Virus record (IMG/VR): IMGVR_UViG_3300036766_000988
Coordinates: 186,001 to 250,000 of that record
Direction: 5' to 3' (one strand)
Length of the DNA: 64,000 nt
Within the stretch, counting starts at the first letter, position 1. Every line of letters begins with the position of its first letter. The position numbers were made by a program, and so were the translations under genes. This document shows, piece after piece, positions 19,025 to 27,231 of this stretch. The notes below the pieces were generated by a model, which saw only the letters and a list, made by a program, of their open reading frames with translations, was not told the origin of the DNA and did no database searches.

Positions 19025-20943
19025 GACTCCACCATCTTGAGGAGATCGTCCTCGGTGATGCACTTCGTCCCGTTCTTGGCCGCTGCTTTGGCCTTCGTCG
19101 ATCCCGATGCGGGGTCCGCCATCACGAGGTACGTAAGCCCCTTGCCTACGCTGGTCTTCACGATCCCGCCGTGCTCGGCAACGATGGCTTCGAGGTCGCT
19201 TCGCTTCCGCACACTCTTGCCGGTAAAACAGAACGAAAAGCCAGTCAGGTTGCCCTGGATCGGGGCCTTGATCTTGACCCCGGCTTTGAGCATCCCCGGC
19301 ACGACAGTCCTGCCAACCTCTTCGACCCATTTCCAGAGGGCCTTCGCCTTGATCGGCCCGAGCCCAGGAACGGTCTCGAATTGCTGCTCGGAACAGCCTT
19401 GGATCTTCTCCCACGTGTCGTATCCAGCATCCATGACCATGCGGATTGTCGATGACGCGCAGAGCGGGATGGAGAGCGCCCCCAGAAGGGTTTCGAGCGG
19501 CAGCTCGTTCTTTTCCCAGAGGAGCCCGAGGAGCTTGTCTGCCAAAGTCTCGGTGATACGCTCGACTTCCGAGAGACTCGGGATGTTGAGCTGGTAGAGA
19601 TCGGCGGGGGTTTTGACCTTCCCGCTGGTCACCAAGCGCTCGATGAGGGTCTCCCCCCACTCCTTTACGTCAAGGGCCGCGATGTACCGCTGGATGCGCC
19701 CCATAGCCTGAGCAGGGCACCCGGCTGTGTTGGGACAGACGAGGTACTCCCCGTCGACCGTGAGGGCGGCTTTGCACGAAGGGCACTCTTCGGGAAAGTC
19801 GTAGTCCCCATCCGCTTCCTCGATCACCTGCGTGACCCTGGGGATGACATCGTTGGCCCGTGCCACCAGGATCCGGGATCCCACCAAGATCCCCAGGTCT
19901 TGGATGTACTTCATGTTGTAGAGGCTTGCGTTCGTGACCTCTGCTCCTACGAGCTGCACAGGATCGAACACAGCAACCGGCGTGATCCGACCCGAGCCCC
20001 CCACCTGCCAGAGGATGTCACGCAGGATCGTCTCACGAGCGACCGCAGCAAACTTGAACGCCACAGCCCCCTTGGGCCGCCCATCCTTCTCCCCGAGCGC
20101 GAGCTGCCGTTCGAAACTGTTGACGGAGAACACGAGCCCGTCGATGTCGTAGTTGAGCGTTTCGCGCATCCCCTCTTGGTAGTCCAATCGGATCGTCTCG
20201 GGAGTCGCCCCACCGGATTGCATCACGGTGACACATGAATTGGGGAGCTTGAACCCCTGGTGAGCAAGCCACTCGAATTGCTGCGCCTCGGTCGAGAAAT
20301 CCTTCCCGTCGGCTACTCGATAGAAGAGCACCGTCAAGTGCTCGCATCCCTTGCCGTCGTACCGCTTCGAGGTACCGGCAGCAGTGTTCCGTGTGTTGGC
20401 CTTGTCAGGGAAGTGCGCCGCATGATCCTGCTTCGTCAGGATGATCTCCCCACGAAGGCTTCCGGTGAACTTCTCGGGAAGCTGGGCCAGCACCCCCTTC
20501 ATCTTGGCGACGTTGGGGGTGATGTCCTCGCCCGTTGTCCCATCGCCACGCGTGATGGCTTGGGTGAAGACGCCGTTCACGTACCTGGCGTGGATCGAGA
20601 TCCCATCGAGCTTCTCGCTCATGAAGAGGGCCTCGATGTCGGAGATGCCGTTGCCCACAGCCCAAACCCCCAGCTCCTCGGGGGTGTTCACCTTGTCGAG
20701 AGAGCCCATCGGGATGCCATGCCGGACCTTCGGCCACTCCGAGGTGGCGGGTACGGGGGCGCCGATGGCCGTGACGGCAGGGGCATCTGCTTGCAGCTCG
20801 CGAAGCTCGTCCACCCAGGCATCGAACACTTCGTCGGTGGTCGTCGGGACCCCGTTGAAATAGTCGAGCCGAGCTTGGTTGATCTGGGCTTGGAGCTTTT
20901 GGATCCGAGCGTCGTTTGCCGCTGCCATCATCTCTTCGAGCAC
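19021..20943 (-). CDS. ligA: NAD-dependent DNA ligase
   Basis: SEKLDG, RGDG, DIDGLV, Zn finger CPSC..C..C, C-terminal BRCT (FCFTG). Confidence 0.95.
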   Translation of the reverse strand: MLEEMMAAANDARIQKLQAQINQARLDYFNGVPTTTDEVFDAWVDELRELQADAPAVTAIGAPVPATSEWPKVRHGIPMGSLDKVNTPEELGVWAVGNGISDIEALFMSEKLDGISIHARYVNGVFTQAITRGDGTTGEDITPNVAKMKGVLAQLPEKFTGSLRGEIILTKQDHAAHFPDKANTRNTAAGTSKRYDGKGCEHLTVLFYRVADGKDFSTEAQQFEWLAHQGFKLPNSCVTVMQSGGATPETIRLDYQEGMRETLNYDIDGLVFSVNSFERQLALGEKDGRPKGAVAFKFAAVARETILRDILWQVGGSGRITPVAVFDPVQLVGAEVTNASLYNMKYIQDLGILVGSRILVARANDVIPRVTQVIEEADGDYDFPEECPSCKAALTVDGEYLVCPNTAGCPAQAMGRIQRYIAALDVKEWGETLIERLVTSGKVKTPADLYQLNIPSLSEVERITETLADKLLGLLWEKNELPLETLLGALSIPLCASSTIRMVMDAGYDTWEKIQGCSEQQFETVPGLGPIKAKALWKWVEEVGRTVVPGMLKAGVKIKAPIQGNLTGFSFCFTGKSVRKRSDLEAIVAEHGGIVKTSVGKGLTYLVMADPASGSTKAKAAAKNGTKCITEDDLLKMVES

Positions 20944-20964
20944 GCGTGACCTCCGCTCCCTCTC

Positions 20965-20990
20965 CTACACCGGGGAGCGGAGGTGTTCAG
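20965..20990 (-). promoter_or_regulatory. bipartite promoter-like motif CTGAAC-N13-GGTGTAG upstream of ligA
   Basis: Exact motif and spacing repeated at other loci. Confidence 0.7.
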
Positions 20991-21244
20991 CCTGCCTTGG
21001 GAGCCTGACTCGCGGAAATCTGTCCACTTTCGACCATCTGAGCCACCTTGTTGATGGTGGCAAAGGGCACGAGGATGACGCGCACCTCTTCGTTCTGGTA
21101 GCGTTCGAGCGCGGCCTGAACATCGAAGTACTCGAAGGTGCCATCTTGCTGAGCGCAGCGGAGCACCATGCGTCCTGTCATGGGGTCGATCTCCACAACC
21201 CCTTCCTTCACGTGTCCGAGATCCAGTTGGTCATCCGTAGGCAT
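20987..21244 (-). CDS. hypothetical protein
   Basis: 85-aa ORF with RBS. Confidence 0.65.
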   Translation of the reverse strand: MPTDDQLDLGHVKEGVVEIDPMTGRMVLRCAQQDGTFEYFDVQAALERYQNEEVRVILVPFATINKVAQMVESGQISASQAPKAG

Positions 21245-21277
21245 GGCGCCCCCTTCGTTCTGAGAGATCAGAAGCTG

Positions 21278-23584
21278 TCAGACGATGCTACAGGCCCCTC
21301 CGGCACACGCCACCTCGCTCTTGAGGTCGGTGTCGTCGGTGTCCTCCAACATCGTCGTGTAATCAACAGGCTGGTAGTCTTCGAGGATGGCGTTCCATCG
21401 AGCCTCGTCGACCGGGGTGACCACCGCTTCGTTGGGCGCGAAGGCGTAGTCTTTGTCTCCTGTGCTGGCGAGAAGCGAGACCCCTGTGAAGAACTCCCGG
21501 TTCTCCCAAAGGTAGTCCGCCACCTTGTCCCACTCTTCGGGCCGCACCGTCACGGTGTTGGAGACGTTGTGGCTGAGGCCTGGCGAGTACTGGCTGTCTG
21601 CGGTGCCTGCAAGCACCCAGTTCTCTTGTGTGGACTTCACCATATCGAGGAACGGGATGGCTGTGATGTCGTCCTTGATGGTTGCTCCCGGAGGAGCTTC
21701 GACCGGAAACTCGATCACGTACTTCCCATCCGGCTTGCGGACGCACATGTGGGGGTTGACCACCTTGAAGGCCTGGAAGACCTGCTCCAATTCATCCGCC
21801 GTCACACGACGGATGTACCGACGAGCATGGTGAGCGTGGTGTCCCGAGCCGACGCAGCCGAGTTCGAGAGACGTGGTCCCTGATGGCTTTACACAGGTGG
21901 TGCGAGCCGCAGGCTTGACCCCGATACGCGCTGCGTATTCGGCATTCCACTGCTTGATCAACCCAGCAACCTCTCGCTGGTACTCCGGGTTGCAGGCGAT
22001 GGCGGGAGCATCGAGCATCCCTGTCATACCGATCCCCAAGAGAGCCTCACGTTCGGCGATTGTCTCTGAGATCGCTCCGAGGTAGGGCATCTTCGTGTAC
22101 CCCGCTTGGAGCGTACCGATGATCGCTGCTGCCCTGGCTGCCTCTTTGAAGTCCTGTAGGGACGTCAGTTTGGCTGCGTTGATCTCACAGAGGTTGCAGA
22201 AGGCCCAACCCGTGTAAGTCTGACCGACCGCTGTCTCGACGCCTTTCGCCGCGAGTTTCGCCTGAGCTTCGGCGTCGATTTCGAGCTTGGGGTTCAAGCC
22301 AATCTCACAGCACGGGTTCGTGCCGTAGTCGTAGTCGTTCGTGAAGTAGAACCCAGGCTCTCCCCACTGACGAGTCATTCCGAAGATGCGCTTGAACTGC
22401 TTTTTCTTCACCTCGTCCCGTTTGAGGACGACGCTGTTGTTGGAGTTCGCCAGCCAGGGCTCTGTGGAATACCAGTTCCCTGTCTTGAGGTGCATCATCT
22501 CGCTGTCATCGAGCGAGAAGAGGCAGATCATGGCCGACCGACGAATGCCCCCCGAAAGGACGGCATCGGCTGCATGACAGAGGATTCGGTGGCACTCGAC
22601 CGGGCGGAGCTTACGCCCCATGGCGGCATTCAGAACGCCTCGGATGCGTTCCAAAGAGTCCTTGAGCTTGAGGTGCCCAGGAGCCCGCCCCCCCGACGTA
22701 CGGAGGGGCGTGCCTGCATCCCGGATTTGGTGGAAGGCGAACTCCAAGTTCACACCATCGAGAAAGCTCTGGACCAGCGCCTTGAGGGCGTCTGCCCACC
22801 CCTCGATGGTATCCTCGACGACGTGATGGCGAACCTTCTTCACGTCTACGTAGGAGATCGACGGAAGCTTCTCGATGTGGTCGAACTGAACCGAATACCC
22901 CACGCCGCAACCCGATAGGAGCAGGTAGAGAGCCTCCGAGAAGATTTCGGGACGATCGACGAGTGAAAACGAGCAGTTGTAGATGCGGTTGTTGTTGGCG
23001 AGAATGGCCTTGCCACCGAACTGCATGGATCGCATGGACGGTAGAACGCGCTTGTCTCGTACGAGATCGAAGGCCCAACGGATCTCCTCTTCCATCTCGG
23101 GATACACGTCGAGGTGCATCCCCTCGATGCGGGCGACGGTCTCGGCGAAGACCTCGCGACGCTTCTTGGCGGGTAGGTAGCGGGCGTACTTCCCCGCGTG
23201 GATGTAATCGGAGATGGCCTTGGGATCAGGCGACTTCGGAGTACGCGCTTGACGAGCCTCTGTCCGTTGATGCCGATATAGAATGAACGCCTTGGCAACC
23301 CCAAACTGGCTGTGTCGCATGAGGGCGGTCTCGACGGCATCCTGCACGTTCTCGACGCAGACGGTCTCTTCCGTCAGAGCGTCCATCACCGTGTTGATGA
23401 CCTTGTTCAGAGCCCGTTCATCGACGAGACCCTTCGACTCGATCCATGCCCGACTGAGGGCTCTACGGATCTTGGACACATCGAAGAGTTGAAGTGTCTG
23501 CCCATCCCGTTTACGAATGTGCTGTAGGGTTCTCACTACCGTGAGGTTCGGTTCGAGAGCACTCTGTACGCTAGGGGCCATCAT
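21278..23584 (-). CDS. nrdJ: class II (B12-dependent) ribonucleotide reductase with ATP-cone
   Basis: IRKRDG ATP-cone, YNCSF, TNPCCEI, CNL, KPSGT, C-terminal CAGGAC. Confidence 0.92.
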   Translation of the reverse strand: MMAPSVQSALEPNLTVVRTLQHIRKRDGQTLQLFDVSKIRRALSRAWIESKGLVDERALNKVINTVMDALTEETVCVENVQDAVETALMRHSQFGVAKAFILYRHQRTEARQARTPKSPDPKAISDYIHAGKYARYLPAKKRREVFAETVARIEGMHLDVYPEMEEEIRWAFDLVRDKRVLPSMRSMQFGGKAILANNNRIYNCSFSLVDRPEIFSEALYLLLSGCGVGYSVQFDHIEKLPSISYVDVKKVRHHVVEDTIEGWADALKALVQSFLDGVNLEFAFHQIRDAGTPLRTSGGRAPGHLKLKDSLERIRGVLNAAMGRKLRPVECHRILCHAADAVLSGGIRRSAMICLFSLDDSEMMHLKTGNWYSTEPWLANSNNSVVLKRDEVKKKQFKRIFGMTRQWGEPGFYFTNDYDYGTNPCCEIGLNPKLEIDAEAQAKLAAKGVETAVGQTYTGWAFCNLCEINAAKLTSLQDFKEAARAAAIIGTLQAGYTKMPYLGAISETIAEREALLGIGMTGMLDAPAIACNPEYQREVAGLIKQWNAEYAARIGVKPAARTTCVKPSGTTSLELGCVGSGHHAHHARRYIRRVTADELEQVFQAFKVVNPHMCVRKPDGKYVIEFPVEAPPGATIKDDITAIPFLDMVKSTQENWVLAGTADSQYSPGLSHNVSNTVTVRPEEWDKVADYLWENREFFTGVSLLASTGDKDYAFAPNEAVVTPVDEARWNAILEDYQPVDYTTMLEDTDDTDLKSEVACAGGACSIV

Positions 23585-23597
23585 GTATTCGATCCTT

Positions 23598-24566
23598 CTA
23601 CCCGGCGACTGAAAGCACAGCCAACTCGACGTGTGTACGCGGCGAGCTGGATTGACCCTTTACATTTGCATCTAATCGGCACAACCGGCCCATGCTTCGA
23701 ATAAGATCCCTCAGTAGGTGCTTACGCGCTTGAAGGAGAAGAGAGTTCTTGAATTTGAATGGGTGCATCCCAATCGAGGCTGCGATGTCGTCCTCGGATA
23801 TCCCGCGATCGAGTAACGAGCGAACAACGATAAGCTGCTCGACCCTTTTCATGAGAGCGTAGGCGATGGGCACATCCGCATCGTCCCCCATGTTTTTGTA
23901 GACCGTGGACAACCAGTTCATCGCTTGCCGTGGGTTTTTGTCGGCTGCCGCTTCAGCTACTTGGTAAGGGGTGGCTGTCTGCGCTGGAGAGATGACGAGC
24001 TTCAAGTGCTCCATCGTCGCCTTCTCTTTGCCTACCAGGATGGAGAGCTTCTGTAGTTCACTTGCAATGCGGTATAGATTACTCCCGAGAAGGAAGAAGA
24101 AAGCATCGGCAACACCCTTGTCGAGGGTGATCCCAATACGTCGAGCCTCGGTCTCGACCCACTTCACAACCTCGTTGTTGTTGTCCCAAGTCTTCAACTT
24201 CTTGTGCTCAAGAAGTTTGCCCTTCTTGGCAGCTTGAGCCCAAACGGCAGGGCACTTCTCGGAGCGGATGATCGCGACCAACACCGTCGTATCGTCCTTG
24301 GGGTTCTTCTCGTCGATGTACTGCTTCAGGGCCTTATCGCCCTTGATTTTGTTGGCCTCGTCCACAATGACGACACGAAGGGTGTCGTCCATCGAGCGGG
24401 TCTCGCAAATCCCAACGAGTTCCACGTCTGTGAGGTCATCCCCATCAACAAGCACGACTGTACGGCCGTCCCACTTGCGGGCACGCTCTAGATCTCGATC
24501 GAGGAAGAGAGGCTCAACCCCAAACGAAATGACAAAAGGGACGCTGGTTGTGGCTTTTGCAGCCAT
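23598..24566 (-). CDS. holA: DNA polymerase III delta subunit
   Basis: GVEPLFL, ELQKL, GMHPF, RLDANVKG features; 322 aa. Confidence 0.8.
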   Translation of the reverse strand: MAAKATTSVPFVISFGVEPLFLDRDLERARKWDGRTVVLVDGDDLTDVELVGICETRSMDDTLRVVIVDEANKIKGDKALKQYIDEKNPKDDTTVLVAIIRSEKCPAVWAQAAKKGKLLEHKKLKTWDNNNEVVKWVETEARRIGITLDKGVADAFFFLLGSNLYRIASELQKLSILVGKEKATMEHLKLVISPAQTATPYQVAEAAADKNPRQAMNWLSTVYKNMGDDADVPIAYALMKRVEQLIVVRSLLDRGISEDDIAASIGMHPFKFKNSLLLQARKHLLRDLIRSMGRLCRLDANVKGQSSSPRTHVELAVLSVAG

Positions 24567-25525
24567 CAGGACACCACGAAGGACTGGGCGAGAAGAGCTT
24601 TGACGTGGAACGTCAAGAAGAGCTTGGTCGAACGGGACTGCTCACGAAGTCCTCGAACCGCAGCCCCCAGTTGGTGCCACATCGCGTTGGTGTTTCGTGT
24701 GCTCATCTGCGCGATGTCGTCACTCAGATCGAGGTTGATGATGCGGGTAGGGTCGGTAGAGAAGAGGAGCAGATCATGCAAGAGCTGCGATAGGAAACGA
24801 AGGACTTGCGGGAGTTCTTTTTCCACCGAATCGATCGCTGAAAAGAGCCCTGCGAGATCTCTCTCCAAGGAGAGTCGTATTAACGAAAACGTCTTGTCCC
24901 GGAGCACGAGACGACCCGAACCCCAGTATCGAACAGCACGGCCAACCGAGCCTTCGCTCAACCTTGCATAGACAAGAGCTTTAGTGTGGTCTGGTTCGAA
25001 CCGTTGAAGCACTGATAGGACCATTGGCTCCGAAAGTGCGTGGTACGAAACGAGACCACACCGTGATCGAATCGTTGGGATCACGCGAGCTTGCGACTCA
25101 GCAAGCAGAAAAAACCGTGTTATATGAGGCGGTTCTTCCAGGGTTTTGAGAATCGCGTTAGCTGCCGCACTGGTAAGGCGATCAGCACCGTCGATCATGA
25201 GAATCTTGAACGGAGCTGTCGTCGGGCATGTCGTTGCCGATGGAATGAGCGCACGAATTGCATCGACCCCAATTTCCTTATCGCCGTCCGGAGAGAGCAT
25301 AAAGAAATCGGGATGGATTCCCTGATCGAGCTGAACGCAATGAAAGCACGGACACTTGTCCTCGTGCGTACCAGTACAGAACATCTCCTTCGTCGCTTGC
25401 ATGACGGAGAAGCGCCGACCAACGCCTTCTTCCCCTACAAGGAGTAGAGGAGACGAGAAGCGTTGCTCAACCACTCGACGGAGGAAATGAACTCCCTCCT
25501 CTTGTTCACGAACGTCGCTCAGCAT
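24566..25525 (-). CDS. holB: DNA polymerase III delta' subunit
   Basis: GEEGVGR, Zn module CPCFHC, HPDF, AANAILKTLEEPP, TIRSRC. Confidence 0.88.
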   Translation of the reverse strand: MLSDVREQEEGVHFLRRVVEQRFSSPLLLVGEEGVGRRFSVMQATKEMFCTGTHEDKCPCFHCVQLDQGIHPDFFMLSPDGDKEIGVDAIRALIPSATTCPTTAPFKILMIDGADRLTSAAANAILKTLEEPPHITRFFLLAESQARVIPTIRSRCGLVSYHALSEPMVLSVLQRFEPDHTKALVYARLSEGSVGRAVRYWGSGRLVLRDKTFSLIRLSLERDLAGLFSAIDSVEKELPQVLRFLSQLLHDLLLFSTDPTRIINLDLSDDIAQMSTRNTNAMWHQLGAAVRGLREQSRSTKLFLTFHVKALLAQSFVVS

Positions 25526-25712
25526 TCTCGCCGCTTCCAAGCTGGGCCGAGCGGCGTAGGGGCTCCACTGGAACGAGCTGCATCACCAGATGAAAGTTCT
25601 GGCCGCAATTCGAACAGATGAAACGATGGGGCTCCTGTCCACTCGGCGAGAGTTGACTGCGGCACGTGCTACACCGCATGAGCGATTCAGGAGATGTCGA
25701 TTCTTCGGGCAT
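25506..25712 (-). CDS. small zinc-ribbon protein
   Basis: CSTC...CSNC. Confidence 0.6.
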   Translation of the reverse strand: MPEESTSPESLMRCSTCRSQLSPSGQEPHRFICSNCGQNFHLVMQLVPVEPLRRSAQLGSGENAERRS

Positions 25713-25924
25713 CAGAGGTCAAAAACGCCGCCAGTTGCGAGCCCCCAGGTTGTGTTGCACTTGGCGCACCGGTAGAGGTGCCGACCTTGCGAGTTCGGGG
25801 GGGTCATCTCGATTGCGAGAATGCTCTCACACCCAGGCCGCTTGCACTTGATGTGGACGGTCTTGGGCTCCTCGGGAACGGGAGCAGCAAGACCCGGCTT
25901 GGTTCCGGCAGGATCGATCGGCAT
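25712..25924 (-). CDS. small zinc-ribbon protein
   Basis: CKRPGC...YRCAKCNTTW; AGGAG RBS. Confidence 0.7.
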   Translation of the reverse strand: MPIDPAGTKPGLAAPVPEEPKTVHIKCKRPGCESILAIEMTPPNSQGRHLYRCAKCNTTWGLATGGVFDL

Positions 25925-25968
25925 CTACTTCTCCTAGGCTCAGCTTGCAGGGCGCTGAACTGTCCTCG

Positions 25969-26379
25969 TTACAGGTTCGATGTGGGGTACGAATCGGGGA
26001 ACAACGCACGCAGTTGCCCGTAGACGCGGGAGAAGAACACCGGATCCCACTGGTCGATCGTAGAAAGATCGGGGTTGATGAGCGGATTTCCCGTGTTGAC
26101 GAAGTGCGGGGGCGGGTATTGCCTCGGATCGAACGTCCCATCCTGGATGAAGGGTAGGATTTTCGCGAAATCCGTGGCCAGTACTAGACACACGAACCCC
26201 TTCGCCTTGAAACGGTAGTAGGCGACTTGCTTCGCGAAAACCCGTTCGGCCTGTACGATCTTGCGTTCGTAGCCGACGATCGCCGCCGCTACGTCGTGTA
26301 GGTCTTCTTGCCGAAGACGGGACAGACGTCGACCGTCAACGAATTGCAGCCGGGCGTCCACGATGAGGAGGCTCGACAA
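25969..26379 (-). CDS. hypothetical protein
   Basis: 136-aa ORF, start uncertain. Confidence 0.55.
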   Translation of the reverse strand: MSSLLIVDARLQFVDGRRLSRLRQEDLHDVAAAIVGYERKIVQAERVFAKQVAYYRFKAKGFVCLVLATDFAKILPFIQDGTFDPRQYPPPHFVNTGNPLINPDLSTIDQWDPVFFSRVYGQLRALFPDSYPTSNL

Positions 26380-26383
26380 GTAG

Positions 26384-26490
26384 AAAAAACTCAGCCCCTC
26401 AAATCGCCCGCCCCGCCCCTTCGGTCCAGCGCTGTTCAGACGCTTAGACCGTCAGTTGAACACAGGAATCGGGCGGTTTGAAGGGCCGAG
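26384..26490 (-). ncRNA. putative structured ncRNA (element 4) with long terminal stem and U6 tail
   Basis: 21-bp closing stem CUCGGCCCUUCAAACCGCCCG/CGGGCGAUUUGAGGGGCUGAG (G-U pairs on minus strand), internal hairpin, UUUUUU. Confidence 0.6.
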
Positions 26491-26496
26491 AAACTT

Positions 26497-26603
26497 TGGT
26501 GGACACGATCGGGGTTGAACCGACAACCAGGGCTTTGGAGGCCCCAGCTCTACCCGTCTTGACAAGCGGCGCCGCCGGTCAAGACCTTGAGTCTTACGTG
26601 CCC
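26497..26603 (-). tRNA. atypical tRNA, anticodon CCA (Trp), G3-U70/A73, 30-nt D-loop insertion
   Basis: Acceptor GGGCACG/CGUGUCC-A-CCA, anticodon arm GGGGC-CUCCAAA-GCCCU, T arm GUCGG-UUCAACC-CCGAU. Confidence 0.85.
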
Positions 26604-26615
26604 GTGAACTGAGAA

Positions 26616-26795
26616 GCTCGTTCGCTCCCGTGGAGGGGCTGGCTACTCTCCAGCGTGTCGCAGGCGTATACGTTCATGACGCGCATCGTGTCTGCGAGCA
26701 AGAGGGTTGATCTCACGGCCGTAAGACCAACACCCTGGCTTTCGGCAGGCCCTCGCGGGCTCACCATCAAGCTGCCCTCCCGGCAACGAACGAAC
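26616..26795 (-). ncRNA. putative multibranched ncRNA (element 2), 180 nt
   Basis: Closing stem GUUCGUUCGUU/AGCGAACGAGC, GGAGGG/CCCUCC, GCCC-GCGA-GGGC tetraloop hairpin, UGGUCUUAC/GUGAGAUCA, UCGCAG/CUGCGA. Confidence 0.65.
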
Positions 26796-26796
26796 T

Positions 26797-26894
26797 GAAC
26801 CACAAGCAGGCGTAGATATGACCCACGCACTTCCAGCCTACACGGCGACTCCCTGGCAAGGGGGCGGTCTCCTTGATCCTACTGCTTGTGGTTC
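26797..26894 (-). ncRNA. putative structured ncRNA (element 1), 98 nt
   Basis: Perfect 13-bp terminal stem GAACCACAAGCAG/CUGCUUGUGGUUC starting 9 nt after the promoter motif. Confidence 0.6.
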
Positions 26895-26903
26895 GTAGTT
26901 TTA

Positions 26904-26929
26904 CTACACCGCTCGACCCCCAAGTTCAA
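26904..26929 (-). promoter_or_regulatory. TTGAAC-N13-GGTGTAG promoter-like motif upstream of ncRNA cluster
   Basis: Exact motif and spacing. Confidence 0.7.
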
Positions 26930-27231
26930 CCTTGCTTCGATACCAAGACCGCTTTCTCGTATGAGGAGCCGATCTTCGCGTACAGCTCGGCCGGAGAGAA
27001 CCCTGGCTCAGGGACCTCCCCTCGATGGGACGCTTCGGCCTTTTGGTGGCAGGGGTCACAGAGCGAGATGCCGTTCTCGGCGACGTAGCCACCGTTGGGC
27101 ATCTCAGTCCGATCGGTGATGTGGTGAGCATCAAGCGGTTGAGGAGCTGAGCAAACGCGACAGGCGTTCCGGTCCCTCTTGAAGACGGCCTCCCTAAACG
27201 CCTGTCGCACCTGCTTCTTGGTGTCACCCAC
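26926..27231 (-). CDS. HNH endonuclease
   Basis: VFKRD..CRVC...DAHHI...NGISLCDPCH. Confidence 0.85.
   Translation of the reverse strand: MGDTKKQVRQAFREAVFKRDRNACRVCSAPQPLDAHHITDRTEMPNGGYVAENGISLCDPCHQKAEASHRGEVPEPGFSPAELYAKIGSSYEKAVLVSKQG

Noticed and set aside
18746-19660. 304-aa ORF overlapping ligA
   Set aside because: N-terminal two thirds is an alternative frame of ligA; real start is more likely ATG 19024
26497-26603. tmRNA or BHB-intron interpretation of the G3-U70 tRNA
   Set aside because: Only 107 nt with an intact anticodon arm and no tag ORF; the insert is a simple hairpin without bulge-helix-bulge geometry
26730-26775. Hammerhead-like core (UUGAUGGUGA-GCCC-GCGA-GGGC...GAAA) in element 2
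   Set aside because: Lacks exact CUGANGA and the stem III A-U/UH cleavage site
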